From contig BEHE01000005.1 in assembly GCA_002898395.1 (NCBI GenBank), positions 31,523 through 95,522 of the forward strand: a stretch of 64,000 nucleotides of DNA. The letters run 5' to 3'. The position numbers and the translations under genes are program-made. The notes under the pieces were generated by a model. It searched no databases, was not told the origin of the DNA, and worked only from the letters and a program-made list of their open reading frames with translations. Below, piece by piece: positions 29,560 through 39,323 of the stretch. This DNA is from Candidatus Calditenuaceae archaeon HR02 (GTDB lineage Archaea > Thermoproteota > Nitrososphaeria_A > Caldarchaeales > Calditenuaceae). The number at the start of each line of letters is the position of its first letter. The first letter of the stretch is position 1.

Positions 29560-30513
29560 TTAGGGGTAGGGGTAGTAGTATCGATACACGGCCTCAAGGT
29601 CCTTGAGTGTAGGGATCATTTCCTGGTCTCCTCTGATGGTCGTGACTAGCGAACCGACTAGAGTAGCCCTCCTCAAAGAGTCAAACAGGTTTCGGCCCGC
29701 CATCTGGCATGCCAGGAACGTCCCGGCCAACCCATCCCCCGCACCTATTGGATCCTCTACGCTGACTTGGACTGCCTCAGCACGGGCCTTCTCGCTTCCA
29801 GAGGAGGCAACAGCTCCCCTTTCCCCCAGCTTTACAACTACAGTCTCTATACCGAGGCCCCTGAAGACCTCCAATATCTTCTCGGGCTCGCTCTCGCCAA
29901 CCAGAATCTCGGAGTCCGTCGGGTCTGTAAAGAGGAAGTTCGCCTTCTCAATCATCGGCATCAAAACCCTAGCAGCCTCCTCCAGACTGGCCCATAGGAC
30001 TGGCCGGATATTAGTATCTATGGAGACTAGCACCCCGTTTTTCTCCGCTAATCGCAGTGCCTTGAGACACGCCTCCCTTGCCGACTGGCTTAGCGCTGGA
30101 GTGATCCCGGTGAAGTGAAGTATTCTCGCGTCCTTGAAAGCCTCCTCCTCGACGTCTTCCGGCGAAAGTCTACTCCCCGCAGACCCGCGCCTATAATAAA
30201 ACATGGTGCTCCTCGATGGTATTGGATACCCCCGTTGCACAAAGTAGATTCCAGTGGGAGCCCCAGGATCTGTCTTGAGCCATCTTGTATCAACCCTCTC
30301 AGCTCTCAGCCAAGCCTCGATGTTCCTGCCGAACTCGTCATCACCTACTCTACCTATGAAGGCGGAGCTCCTGCCCAGTCTGCTCACACAGACCGCCACA
30401 TTTGCCTCGGCACCTGCGACGTGCTTCTCGAACAATGTAACGTGTCTAAGCGGTCCCCGGGTGAGGGCGTTAAATTGTATGAGAGCCTCCCCCATCGCCA
30501 ACAGCTCAGCCAA
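29560..30513 (-). CDS. kdgK: PfkB family kinase, probable 2-keto-3-deoxygluconate kinase
   Basis: VAGAEANVA, VGDDEFG, YYRRGSAGS, DTNIRP, DPIGAGDG; coupled to an aldolase gene. Confidence 0.85.
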   Translation of the reverse strand: MAELLAMGEALIQFNALTRGPLRHVTLFEKHVAGAEANVAVCVSRLGRSSAFIGRVGDDEFGRNIEAWLRAERVDTRWLKTDPGAPTGIYFVQRGYPIPSRSTMFYYRRGSAGSRLSPEDVEEEAFKDARILHFTGITPALSQSAREACLKALRLAEKNGVLVSIDTNIRPVLWASLEEAARVLMPMIEKANFLFTDPTDSEILVGESEPEKILEVFRGLGIETVVVKLGERGAVASSGSEKARAEAVQVSVEDPIGAGDGLAGTFLACQMAGRNLFDSLRRATLVGSLVTTIRGDQEMIPTLKDLEAVYRYYYPYP

Positions 30514-31411
30514 GCCTACCTACATCCTCCGCCAACTTGTTTATCGGAGCAAGACTCCGGGATAATTGGTCCATCTCCTCTTGCCGTAGATGTCTTGTGG
30601 GCAGTATAGGTGGGCCCATGTCTAGGCCCCTAAGGGTGAGGGCGTAGCGGTAGGAGGCCGTGTCAGGCCCTACACTTCTCAACAACCGCCTAGCCCTGTT
30701 AACCACCAGCTGGAGCCGCAGCGCCTCTGCGCGGTCTTCCCGCTCAACCGCCCTAGAAATTCCTACGGCCAGCTCAGGATAGATAGAGGCCAGGGCGCTG
30801 ACATGGGCCCTGACGCCGATCGAGAAGGCATAATAGAGGAGGTTGTCTCCGCCACATGCTATGAAGTGGCTAGACCCAAAGCTAGACTGGAGCTCCAGAA
30901 TCAGGTCAGGGTCTCCGCTGCTATCCTTGACGCCCCGAACCGCAGGGACAAGCTCAAAGAGCCTAGTGATCTCTTGAATGCTTATCGGATACCCCTGTCT
31001 ATTAGGGTTATTGTAGAATAGTAGCGGGAGGTTTAAGGAGGCGCCGAGGGCCGTGTAGAAATTTGCTAGGGACTCCGCATCATACCTGTAGTAGTATGGT
31101 GCGACTGCGGAAACGGCATCGGCCCCAATATCCTGGGCGTGTTTAGCCAGTCTCGAAGAGGATTCCAGGTCGGAAGAGCCTACGTGAACTATTTTTAAGA
31201 ACCTGTTCCCCGCTAGAGCTACTATCTTTTCAGCAACCTTCTCCCTCGCCTGGACCGAGAGCTTCGCTCCCTCACCCATCGTCCCTAACATGAAGATTCC
31301 AGCCACACCCCTCTCGTGAAGAAACCTCAGATACGCCTCTATGGCTGTATCTTCGACGCCGTTAGGAGTAATGATCGCGGCTATTACTCCCCTGAACCCT
31401 TCTAACTTCAC
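30506..31411 (-). CDS. DHDPS/NAL-family aldolase, probable KD(P)G aldolase
   Basis: LGTMGEG, VHVG, APYYY, YNNP, Schiff-base GVKDSSG. Confidence 0.82.
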   Translation of the reverse strand: MKLEGFRGVIAAIITPNGVEDTAIEAYLRFLHERGVAGIFMLGTMGEGAKLSVQAREKVAEKIVALAGNRFLKIVHVGSSDLESSSRLAKHAQDIGADAVSAVAPYYYRYDAESLANFYTALGASLNLPLLFYNNPNRQGYPISIQEITRLFELVPAVRGVKDSSGDPDLILELQSSFGSSHFIACGGDNLLYYAFSIGVRAHVSALASIYPELAVGISRAVEREDRAEALRLQLVVNRARRLLRSVGPDTASYRYALTLRGLDMGPPILPTRHLRQEEMDQLSRSLAPINKLAEDVGRLG

Positions 31412-31525
31412 ACATTTTTTAAGAATCCGGCAGCATAATTATCTTTCGAGTGTGGGGCTATCTGCGAAATTGACCAGTATGTCATGAAAGCTTAAATCCG
31501 AGTCTAGTGATGGGTCGGTCGGTGG

Positions 31526-32245
31526 TTGACAAAGATCTCGGACCTCTATCTGCGGCTGAGCGCAGTTGAGGTTTTAGCCTACCTTAGGGAGAGGTATGGA
31601 TATAAGTCGCTCTCTGAGATGCTGGGCCTCCAAATCTCAATCCTCAGCAGATACATAAACGGCCATGTACTCCCAAACACTGCTAGGGCCGAGAAGATTG
31701 TTCGGCTATTCAACGAGTCCCTCCTCTCTGAGATCGTGAAGAAGAGGCTGACCAGGACTGAGGACGGATTCTACGACCTATCCGCCATTGTAGCAGATGT
31801 TGGTCTGCTCCGCCTCATCGCAAAGGTAGTAAGCGCAGAGTTTAACGTTTTCTCAATAAACAAGCTTCTCACAGTAGCCACTGACGGCATCCCACTCGCT
31901 GTCCAAGTTGCGACTGAGCTGAGAGCCGATCTAATAATCGCGAAGAAGAGGAAGGACTTGAATGTAAAGAGCTACCTTGAGGAGCCAATAAAACGCACGC
32001 CCGCCCTCGTAGAGTATCTATACTTACCTAGGCAGGCTTTGAAAAAAAGCGACGTAGTGTTGATTGTCGATGACGTGGCCCGCAGTGGTGAGACTATCCA
32101 CGGCATGATACGTATGGTGAACAGGGCCGGTGCGAGGCTGGCCGGGGTGTTCACAATCGTGATGCTTGAGGAGGTGAGGGAGAAGATTAAACAGCTTCTT
32201 CCCCCTTCTGGTGTGTTAAAGAGCCTTGTCACCTTCACTTCTTAG
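31526..32245 (+). CDS. HTH plus type I phosphoribosyltransferase domain protein
   Basis: N-terminal HTH (LSRYINGHVLP); PRPP loop VLIVDDVARSGET. Confidence 0.88.
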   Translation: MTKISDLYLRLSAVEVLAYLRERYGYKSLSEMLGLQISILSRYINGHVLPNTARAEKIVRLFNESLLSEIVKKRLTRTEDGFYDLSAIVADVGLLRLIAKVVSAEFNVFSINKLLTVATDGIPLAVQVATELRADLIIAKKRKDLNVKSYLEEPIKRTPALVEYLYLPRQALKKSDVVLIVDDVARSGETIHGMIRMVNRAGARLAGVFTIVMLEEVREKIKQLLPPSGVLKSLVTFTS

Positions 32246-32251
32246 GGATTT

Positions 32252-33295
32252 TCAAGCCTCGGTAGAGGGTTGCTGGATTGTGACACAGTGAATCCCGCCT
32301 AGGCCGTAGAACAGTTCTTTGCAAAAAATCCCGACTACACGTCTATGGGGGAAGCAGTCAGCTAGGATGGCTAGGGCGGACTCGTCCTCCTCCACGCCAA
32401 AGACGGGGACCAAGACGGCAGAGTTGGCAATGTAGAAGTTCAGATAGCTAGCAGGGATGTACTGGTCCAATACCTTAATAGGGGGCGGGCACGGGACTCT
32501 CACAATCTCTATCCCCGCTCCCTTCTCCTCGATATATCCTGCGAGTTTCCGGTATGCCCTCTCAAGAATTCTCTTGTTCATGTTCTCTCTTTCCTCCTCA
32601 GCTAACACAACTCTTAGGGGTGAGGTAAATCTGCAGAAGACATCAACATGCCCATCAGTATCGTCCCCGACCACACCCATCTCGAACCAAATCACATCCC
32701 GCGTGCCAAGGTATCTGTGGAACTCCACTTCCAAGTCCTTCCTGCCGAGCCCTGGGTTTCTGTCCGGATCGAGGAGGCATTGCTCCGTGGTTAAGAGTAT
32801 CCCGTTACCTGACACTTCTATAGCCCCTCCCTCCACCACGTAGTTGCGGTAAATAGGTACGGTGCCTGCGAGGTTAAGGATTTGGAGCCCCGCCTTGTCG
32901 TCCCTTGCTAACTCAGGGTATTTCATCCCCCATGCGTTGAACCTCCACTTTACGCCGCATAGGACACCAGCCCCCTCATTCTTTACAAATATTGGCCCAT
33001 AATCCCTAACCCAGACATCCTCTGTAGGGACTTTGTGGAACTCCACATTCCAGAGGGGGGCTCCAGCCTCTTCCAAGAGCTTCCGCACCCTCTCAGCCTC
33101 ATCCTCATCGTTTACGAGTATCTTGACGGCCTCGCCCCTCGCGACCTCGTGGACTATCTCGCAGTAGGCCTCCTCAACCTTCCCAATCAGCTGTGGTGGA
33201 AAGGTTGACTCGTTATGAGGCCAGGCAATCCACGTGCAGCTATGCCTCTCCCACTCTGCCGGGGCCCTTAACCTACCCCCATCCTCTGGCCTCAT
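32252..33295 (-). CDS. aguA: Agmatine deiminase
   Basis: PAEWE, DVWVRDYGP, FNAWG, EGG, DDTDGHVD, SYLNFY, GGIHCVT. Confidence 0.95.
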   Translation of the reverse strand: MRPEDGGRLRAPAEWERHSCTWIAWPHNESTFPPQLIGKVEEAYCEIVHEVARGEAVKILVNDEDEAERVRKLLEEAGAPLWNVEFHKVPTEDVWVRDYGPIFVKNEGAGVLCGVKWRFNAWGMKYPELARDDKAGLQILNLAGTVPIYRNYVVEGGAIEVSGNGILLTTEQCLLDPDRNPGLGRKDLEVEFHRYLGTRDVIWFEMGVVGDDTDGHVDVFCRFTSPLRVVLAEEERENMNKRILERAYRKLAGYIEEKGAGIEIVRVPCPPPIKVLDQYIPASYLNFYIANSAVLVPVFGVEEDESALAILADCFPHRRVVGIFCKELFYGLGGIHCVTIQQPSTEA

Positions 33296-34131
33296 TGTAT
33301 TATCTCACCATAGGTCTTTGGCCTCCTTCTAGAAAGGAAGCCCCAGCCCCTCCTAATCATCGGCCCATGCCCCAAGTCTATCTCTCCAGTGAAGACGCCC
33401 TCCTCGACGTCAGCTCTGACTATAACTTTTCCGAACGCATCTATGAGGAGTGATCTGCCCCAGAACTCTATCCTACCCTCCCTCCCCACGCGGTTCGTGA
33501 CTGCCACGGGTAGTGCGTTCGCTATCGCGTGTCCTCTCTGGACTGTCTCCCACGCCTCCGCCCAATCCCCCTCCTCTTGGGATATTCCCGAGACTGAGCC
33601 GATTGCCGAGGGGTAGAAGATTATCTCTGCACCCTTCAGGGCAAGTATCCGCGCTGGCTCTGGAAACCACTGGTCATAACAGATTAGTACACCTATTCTA
33701 CAGAGAGATGTCTCGAAGACGTTGTAGCCTAGGTCGCCTGCTGCGAAGTAGTGTGCCTCCCAAAAACACTCATCATCCGGTAGATGCATCTTTCGATACT
33801 TGCCCAAGTATCGTCCAGTCGAGTCGATAACGAAGGACGTGTTATAGAGTACACCCCCGCTTGACTCGGGTATTGAGCCGGCCACTACTATAAGCTTATG
33901 CTTTCCTGCCAGCTCAGATATGATCTCCGACAATCTGCCAGGAACCTCATCGGAATAAGGGGCTCTCCCTCCAATACTCTGGGGAAAATAAGTTGTGGTG
34001 AATAGCTCTGGTAGACAGGCAATATTTGCATCGGCCTTGGTTGCCTCTGTGAGGAGTGAAGCTGCCTTCTCAACATTTTTTCCAATGTCGTCAGACATCC
34101 TCATCTGGATGAGTGCCACCCTAACAAGCAT
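33292..34131 (-). CDS. aguB: Carbon-nitrogen hydrolase, probable N-carbamoylputrescine amidase
   Basis: LPELF, YRKMHLPD, ICYDQWFPE, YPSAIG; ATGA overlap with aguA. Confidence 0.88.
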   Translation of the reverse strand: MLVRVALIQMRMSDDIGKNVEKAASLLTEATKADANIACLPELFTTTYFPQSIGGRAPYSDEVPGRLSEIISELAGKHKLIVVAGSIPESSGGVLYNTSFVIDSTGRYLGKYRKMHLPDDECFWEAHYFAAGDLGYNVFETSLCRIGVLICYDQWFPEPARILALKGAEIIFYPSAIGSVSGISQEEGDWAEAWETVQRGHAIANALPVAVTNRVGREGRIEFWGRSLLIDAFGKVIVRADVEEGVFTGEIDLGHGPMIRRGWGFLSRRRPKTYGEIIQ

Positions 34132-34167
34132 CTACTCCACACCCCACCACCCATCCCACACCCATCA

Positions 34168-34302
34168 TCATCTCGACTTTTTTCTTAGTTTTGTGTTGCA
34201 TCTAACCTGCTCCGTGTTTATGTATTGTTGGTGTTTTGAGGAGTATTTAAATCCCCTACCATACACACCACTTCCCGCGGCTGGGCATTATCTCAGACTC
34301 GC
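34168..34302 (-). repeat. Dispersed repeat copy 3: degenerate zinc-finger microgene directly upstream of aguB
   Basis: ASLR*CPAAGSGVYGRGFKYSSKHQQYINTEQVRCNTKLRKKSR*; aligns with copies 1 and 2. Confidence 0.8.
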
Positions 34303-34581
34303 AACCTTAGGAATTCAACTTCTACGAGCCTGTCAAATAGCTGCTCCTCCACCGGCCCGCTCATTAGCACACGCTTGATAGAGACCCAGTGACCCCTTGG
34401 GACAAGCGCGACTTTAAGAGGCTCTTCCCAGCCCTATCTGACGAGCTCGAACAACCTAGCACAAGCCTAGAAGACTCTAGCGTAGAGATGGAGGGGGAGC
34501 CGCTCAGGGGCTTCATGCCTGGCCCAGAAAATTGATCGTGAACAGAATCTTTTTAAGCATCTATAGAGTGGCAATAGTGAA

Positions 34582-35004
34582 GTGGGAGGAGAACGCATAA
34601 TTAAAGCAAGAGACGTCATGAACCCCTTCGTAGTCACCGTCCGCCCCGATGACACAGCCTGGACAGCCCTCGAACTCATGATGTCTAGGGGGATTGGCGC
34701 ACTCGTTGTCGTGGAGGGGAACAGGCCGGTGGGCATAGTTACTGAGAGGGATATTTTGAGAAGCCTTCTTAAGAAGAGGGGGCCCGAGGACCTCCTCTTA
34801 ACCCTGGTCAGGGACGTGATGAGTAAGGAGCTTATTACTTGTACACCCGATACACCCCTCGTTGACGTCCTCACTAAGATGGTGGAGAGAAATATTAGAC
34901 GTGTTCCGGTAATAAGTAATGGTATGCTTGAGGGTATAATAACTGAGAGAAACTGTATTAGGGCTCTACTCGACCTTATCAGCGCCCACAGAGTTGCGGT
35001 TTAA
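34582..35004 (+). CDS. Stand-alone CBS-pair protein
   Basis: ARDVM, GIVTERDI, IRRVPV, GIITE. Confidence 0.92.
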   Translation: MGGERIIKARDVMNPFVVTVRPDDTAWTALELMMSRGIGALVVVEGNRPVGIVTERDILRSLLKKRGPEDLLLTLVRDVMSKELITCTPDTPLVDVLTKMVERNIRRVPVISNGMLEGIITERNCIRALLDLISAHRVAV

Positions 35005-35030
35005 TACGTTACGGTGTATTGGATTTGAGG

Positions 35031-35609
35031 CTAGAATTTCTCGGCGAATCTTACATTTATTAGGCCTTTACTGATGGTCTTGTCTTGGATCTCGAGTCCA
35101 TACTTTTCGAATATGCCTTCTATGAAGTAATAGACACAGTTTGTCGATTCTACTCTACCTCCAACGCCGACGGCGCTCAGCTCATATGTCGTGTGATTGA
35201 GTCGTCGTAGACTTACCCTCTTTAGTGGAAGGAGGGTAGACAGTGTCTGGGCTAGAGAGACTAGCCTCTCGATGTCCATCGCCTCTAGCTTGAAGTACTC
35301 GGCCAACTCCATTCCAAGTTGTTTAAAAGAGTTCAGAAGCTCCTTCTGATTATTCTTATAGAGCTCGTAGATTAGTTTGTCGAGAAAGTCTGATGGAATG
35401 ACTACAGCGTCAACATCTCTCAAAATCTTCAACACGCTTACGAGGTTTCGCAGCGCCTGAAAATCCACACCCATCTTCATGAGAAGTATCGCCGTCTCCA
35501 GAATCTGGTTGGTGAGGGCGAATAAAGTCATATTCTTTTCCCTCGCAAGTGCAAGCAGTTCCTTAGCTATCTCACCATTAACGGAGAGTGTGGATCGGTA
35601 CATTTGCAT
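35031..35609 (-). CDS. Hypothetical protein, possible N-terminal ribbon-helix-helix regulator
   Basis: RSTLSV...AREKNMTLFALTNQILE is RHH-like; C-terminal alpha/beta domain unassigned. Confidence 0.65.
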   Translation of the reverse strand: MQMYRSTLSVNGEIAKELLALAREKNMTLFALTNQILETAILLMKMGVDFQALRNLVSVLKILRDVDAVVIPSDFLDKLIYELYKNNQKELLNSFKQLGMELAEYFKLEAMDIERLVSLAQTLSTLLPLKRVSLRRLNHTTYELSAVGVGGRVESTNCVYYFIEGIFEKYGLEIQDKTISKGLINVRFAEKF

Positions 35610-35656
35610 CCATCAATACGTATTCGCGTCATTATATATGTGTTTAAATGAGTAGA

Positions 35657-36400
35657 TTATTGAACACTGCCGCCGGTGGGTTGGGATCTGGCCTTTATAC
35701 TCTTGGGCCTTAGGAGCTGAGGTGATAGTCTCCTGCCTAAATATAGTGTAGTGGTTGGAGGGGTGGGAAGTGTTACAGGGTGCTCTGATAGGAGGCTGAT
35801 CAGCGACCTGAAGGGAGATATGAACACATCGGAGATGGTGGGGGAGGTGTAGGGAGAGACAATTATAGGTACTACGTAGTGTATAATTGTCCCGTGGCCA
35901 TGGAGTTTTAGTAGGGCTTGGCAGAAAAGTTCCACCCTCTCCTTGAGCTTTTTAGCTTCACTCGAGGCGAGGCTTCCTGAGAGGCTCCTCATCCACCTTT
36001 TACACTCGAGCAGATACACTGTATAGTCTCTCAGCGCAACAATGTCAAGTTGAGCCCTCCTATTACCGACTATTACCGTGACATTCCTCTTAGCATATAG
36101 GCCCGCCGCCTCCAATATCCGGGCTATAAGACTCTCGAAAAGGTCCCATGTGAGGCTTTTGGAAACCTCTTCGAAGGACCGGTTCCTCTCCAGCAACCCG
36201 ACTGCCACTTCAATCATTCTGTCCCTGCTTAGTCCGGTCTCCCCTCCCAAGCCCAAACGTTGTAGAACTTCTCTTACAATCCCCTCGGCTAGGTGCGTCT
36301 CAAGGGATATTATTGACGGGTTGTTTGTGCTGAGTTTCAGGACTGCCCTCAATACCTTCAAGTCTAGTCCGGTCAGCGTGGATGGATTTTCTCGCCTCAT
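35657..36400 (-). CDS. PD-(D/E)xK nuclease-like protein (Mrr/NERD-like) with N-terminal HTH
   Basis: WDLFE, QLDIVA...LLECKRW. Confidence 0.75.
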   Translation of the reverse strand: MRRENPSTLTGLDLKVLRAVLKLSTNNPSIISLETHLAEGIVREVLQRLGLGGETGLSRDRMIEVAVGLLERNRSFEEVSKSLTWDLFESLIARILEAAGLYAKRNVTVIVGNRRAQLDIVALRDYTVYLLECKRWMRSLSGSLASSEAKKLKERVELFCQALLKLHGHGTIIHYVVPIIVSPYTSPTISDVFISPFRSLISLLSEHPVTLPTPPTTTLYLGRRLSPQLLRPKSIKARSQPTGGSVQ

Positions 36401-36419
36401 CTAACCTCGGCCATGAGAA

Positions 36420-37163
36420 CTAGAATAGGCTCTCCTCCTTGGGCCTAATTATCTGTGAGGCTCCCGCCTCGCCTGTCTTATACTTGTAGCCTCGTATAAG
36501 TACTGCAGGTATACCCTCACCCGCCTGCCCCATGGCTAGCTCAGCTGCCGAGGCCAGCTCATCTGCGACACAGATCTGCTTACTCCTAAGTATGCGGCCG
36601 AAGAGGTCTGGCTCTCCACGCCTATCCCAAATCGGCTCAATGCCGCTGCAGCCTATCGCGATGTTCACGGCACCCCTCCTGAATGGTCTTCCATGAGAGT
36701 CACAGATTATCACCGCAACCTTCGCGCCAGTTGCCTCCTCGATCTCCCACCTAATCCTCCTAGCAGAGGCGTCGGGGTCTTCGGGTAGCGCTGCAGCCAT
36801 GCCCTCACCTACGTTTGAGAGATCGACCCCGCTGTTAGCGCATATCAGCCCGTGTCTAGTCTCGGTGATCAAGACCTCTCCCCTAACCCTCACTATCCTT
36901 TTCGCCTCCCTCAGAATTACCTCTATGTGTGCAGGGTCCTTGTTTGTGATTCGTGCCAGCTCCAAGGCCTGGGGGGTGGGTGTGATCTCTGAGAGTTGAT
37001 AAATCCTGCCCTCAGCCTTCGCGACTATAATATGGCTAACAACGATAACGTCTCCATCAGCCACTCTAATTCCCTTCGCCTGTAGCGCATTTACGATCTC
37101 AACCCCCAACCTGTCTCCCGGCATTATAATCTTCATCCCCTCTACTGGGATTATCTGAATCAA
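36420..37163 (-). CDS. cofE: Coenzyme F420-0:L-glutamate ligase
   Basis: VAKAEGR, ANSGVDLSN, LPEDPDASA, DSHGRPFRRG, ADELASAA. Confidence 0.95.
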   Translation of the reverse strand: MIQIIPVEGMKIIMPGDRLGVEIVNALQAKGIRVADGDVIVVSHIIVAKAEGRIYQLSEITPTPQALELARITNKDPAHIEVILREAKRIVRVRGEVLITETRHGLICANSGVDLSNVGEGMAAALPEDPDASARRIRWEIEEATGAKVAVIICDSHGRPFRRGAVNIAIGCSGIEPIWDRRGEPDLFGRILRSKQICVADELASAAELAMGQAGEGIPAVLIRGYKYKTGEAGASQIIRPKEESLF

Positions 37164-37236
37164 GCCATAGACCCAGAATCCTATATTATCCCGCCGAACT
37201 AAAAACAATATCGCCCCTAAACACTGGCGATTGTGG

Positions 37237-37563
37237 CTAAAGCCCCAAGTCCTCCAATCTCTTCCTACTCTTGTCCGTCAGCCCTAATCGTGGGATAACC
37301 TCTTCAGGCATCTTCTCCTCCGTCTTTCTCTTCACAAATATTCCGCACCTACCGTCTGGGAGCAGCTTAACTTGAACACAGCTCGCATAGGGGCACTTAT
37401 AGCCTATGCAGGGGGCGTTGACCCAGTGACACCAAGGCGGGTCCCTGTGTATATCAAGGGCAAACCTGCCGGCTGAGAGCATTTTCTTGCAGCGGAAAAA
37501 CCTACAGAGTGGGTTGCAGACGGGGGTCGGCTCTCGGCTTAAAACCCAGCCCAACTCTCGCAC
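37237..37563 (-). CDS. Small cysteine-rich hypothetical protein
   Basis: CNPLCRFFRC...CHWVNAPCIGYKCPYASC...GRC. Confidence 0.75.
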   Translation of the reverse strand: MRELGWVLSREPTPVCNPLCRFFRCKKMLSAGRFALDIHRDPPWCHWVNAPCIGYKCPYASCVQVKLLPDGRCGIFVKRKTEEKMPEEVIPRLGLTDKSRKRLEDLGL

Positions 37564-37720
37564 CCTCTAGGCCTACGACTTCATAAATCCTCTCACGATA
37601 TATATCCTTGACTCCATGACCAAAGCTTCAATAACCCGCCCGCTAAGGCTGAGAACGGTTGCCCGCACGCCAAAGAGCTCTCCATAGCCTATAAATACGA
37701 TGCTCCACCACCATCTAGCT

Positions 37721-38017
37721 GTGCCGAGGTATGTCCTACTCTCAAGTTTAACGTGTGAAGGGCTGGAGACGATTAGTAAAAACCCTTCGCGGATACTCGA
37801 GGTTAACAGGGAGGTCGAGGCTATTGGTGTGAAGATAATCGACCAATATGCCGTCCTAGGCCCATACGACTTCGTAACAATTATCGAGGCTCCAGACGAT
37901 GCAACAGTGGCCAGACTATCCGTGGCGTTGGGAAGCCGCGGAACTGTGAAGATCACAAGCCTTCCCGCCATACCGACTAAGGAATTTGTTGAAAAACTAT
38001 CGTGGAAAAAGACCTAG
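37721..38017 (+). CDS. GYD domain protein
   Basis: YAVLGPYDFV..IEAPD motif; TATAAATA upstream. Confidence 0.88.
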   Translation: MPRYVLLSSLTCEGLETISKNPSRILEVNREVEAIGVKIIDQYAVLGPYDFVTIIEAPDDATVARLSVALGSRGTVKITSLPAIPTKEFVEKLSWKKT

Positions 38018-38153
38018 TGTCTGAATGAGAGGCCGGTGGCCTGGCGCTTCCAAGGCCGAGCTGGGAGACTCGATGTCAAACTGATCAGAGATCTCCACAT
38101 TCGGTGGTCAACATTTTTTAATGTAGGTTTGCCAATTGTAAAATAGGGGTCGG

Positions 38154-39263
38154 TTGCCCACAAGCTGCACCCTCTGCTCGGGTGAACTTCCTGTCTCGAA
38201 GGCACTTAAGGTCTGTGTCAGGTGTTTAAGGGAGAGACCCGAGGAGGCCCTTGAGATAGCCGCGCAGGGGCATGTTATGAGCAGGAGGCTGTTTGGGCTT
38301 CCCCCCACACCACCTAGGACTCGGGGAGGTATACCTTGTACCCTCTGTGCCGCGGGTTGTGTCATGGGGGAAGGTGAGGTTGGTTACTGCGGAATACGTG
38401 GGAATCGCGGCGGAAGGATGTACACTCTGGCTCCACCTGGAAAGGCCCTACTCCACTACTACTTAGACCCACACGTCACTAACTGTTGTAACGCATACTT
38501 CTGCCCGGCCGGGACGGGGGCCGGCTATCCAAAATACGCGTGTAAGAACGGCCCAGAGCTAGGATACTATAACCTCGCCCTCTTCTTCTATGGCTGTGGT
38601 TTGAACTGCCTATTCTGCCAAAACTGGTCACATAAAAATGTTCGTGAAGCACCATACGTGTCTGTAGACGAGATCGTCAACCTAACACTCTCGAACGATA
38701 GAATATCTTGCTGGTGCTGGTTTGGCGGCTCGCCTGAACCCCAGCTCCCCTTCGCAATAGAGGCCTCCAGAAGGGTTCACGAGGAGAAGCCCGCCGGGCG
38801 TGTGTTAAGGATCTGCTATGAGTGGAATGGCGACGGCAATCCATCCCTAGTTAGGCGTGCGGTCGAGACAGTTGTGGAGAGTGGCGGGAACGTTAAATTT
38901 GACCTAAAAGCTTTCAACCCCAACATCCACAAAGCACTGACGGGCCTCGACAACAAGAGTATACTGAAAAACTTTGAGATGGTCTACCTCTCCTTCTTCG
39001 ACAAGAGGCCTGGCCTGCCCGTAGTCGCAGCAACCACACTTCTAGTCCCAGGATACGTCGACGCCGAGGAGGTATCAAGCATAGCGGAGTTCATAGCCTC
39101 CCTTGACGAGACCATACCCTACAGCCTCCTAGTCTTCTACCCCCATTTCATGATGGATGACCTCCCAATAACCCCTTGGAAACAGGTCATAGAGTGCTAT
39201 AGAGCTGCTACAAAACATCTAAAAAAGGTTGAGATATGCAACATACATCTCCTCACAATATGA
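38154..39263 (+). CDS. Radical SAM protein (PflA/AmmeMemo-like) with extra N-terminal Cys clusters
   Basis: GCGLNCLFCQNW (CxxxCxxC), FGGSPEPQ, KFDLKA, TLLVPGYVD. Confidence 0.9.
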   Translation: MPTSCTLCSGELPVSKALKVCVRCLRERPEEALEIAAQGHVMSRRLFGLPPTPPRTRGGIPCTLCAAGCVMGEGEVGYCGIRGNRGGRMYTLAPPGKALLHYYLDPHVTNCCNAYFCPAGTGAGYPKYACKNGPELGYYNLALFFYGCGLNCLFCQNWSHKNVREAPYVSVDEIVNLTLSNDRISCWCWFGGSPEPQLPFAIEASRRVHEEKPAGRVLRICYEWNGDGNPSLVRRAVETVVESGGNVKFDLKAFNPNIHKALTGLDNKSILKNFEMVYLSFFDKRPGLPVVAATTLLVPGYVDAEEVSSIAEFIASLDETIPYSLLVFYPHFMMDDLPITPWKQVIECYRAATKHLKKVEICNIHLLTI

Positions 39264-39323
39264 CGGGCCACGCTACCGTAAACGCATATATCCACCCCCA
39301 CTCACCCTATCCTCCCGCGAAAC

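Noticed and set aside
34135-34175. C/D-box sRNA on the minus strand (ATGATGA)
   Set aside because: No D or D' box follows; the motif is the stop region of the repeat.
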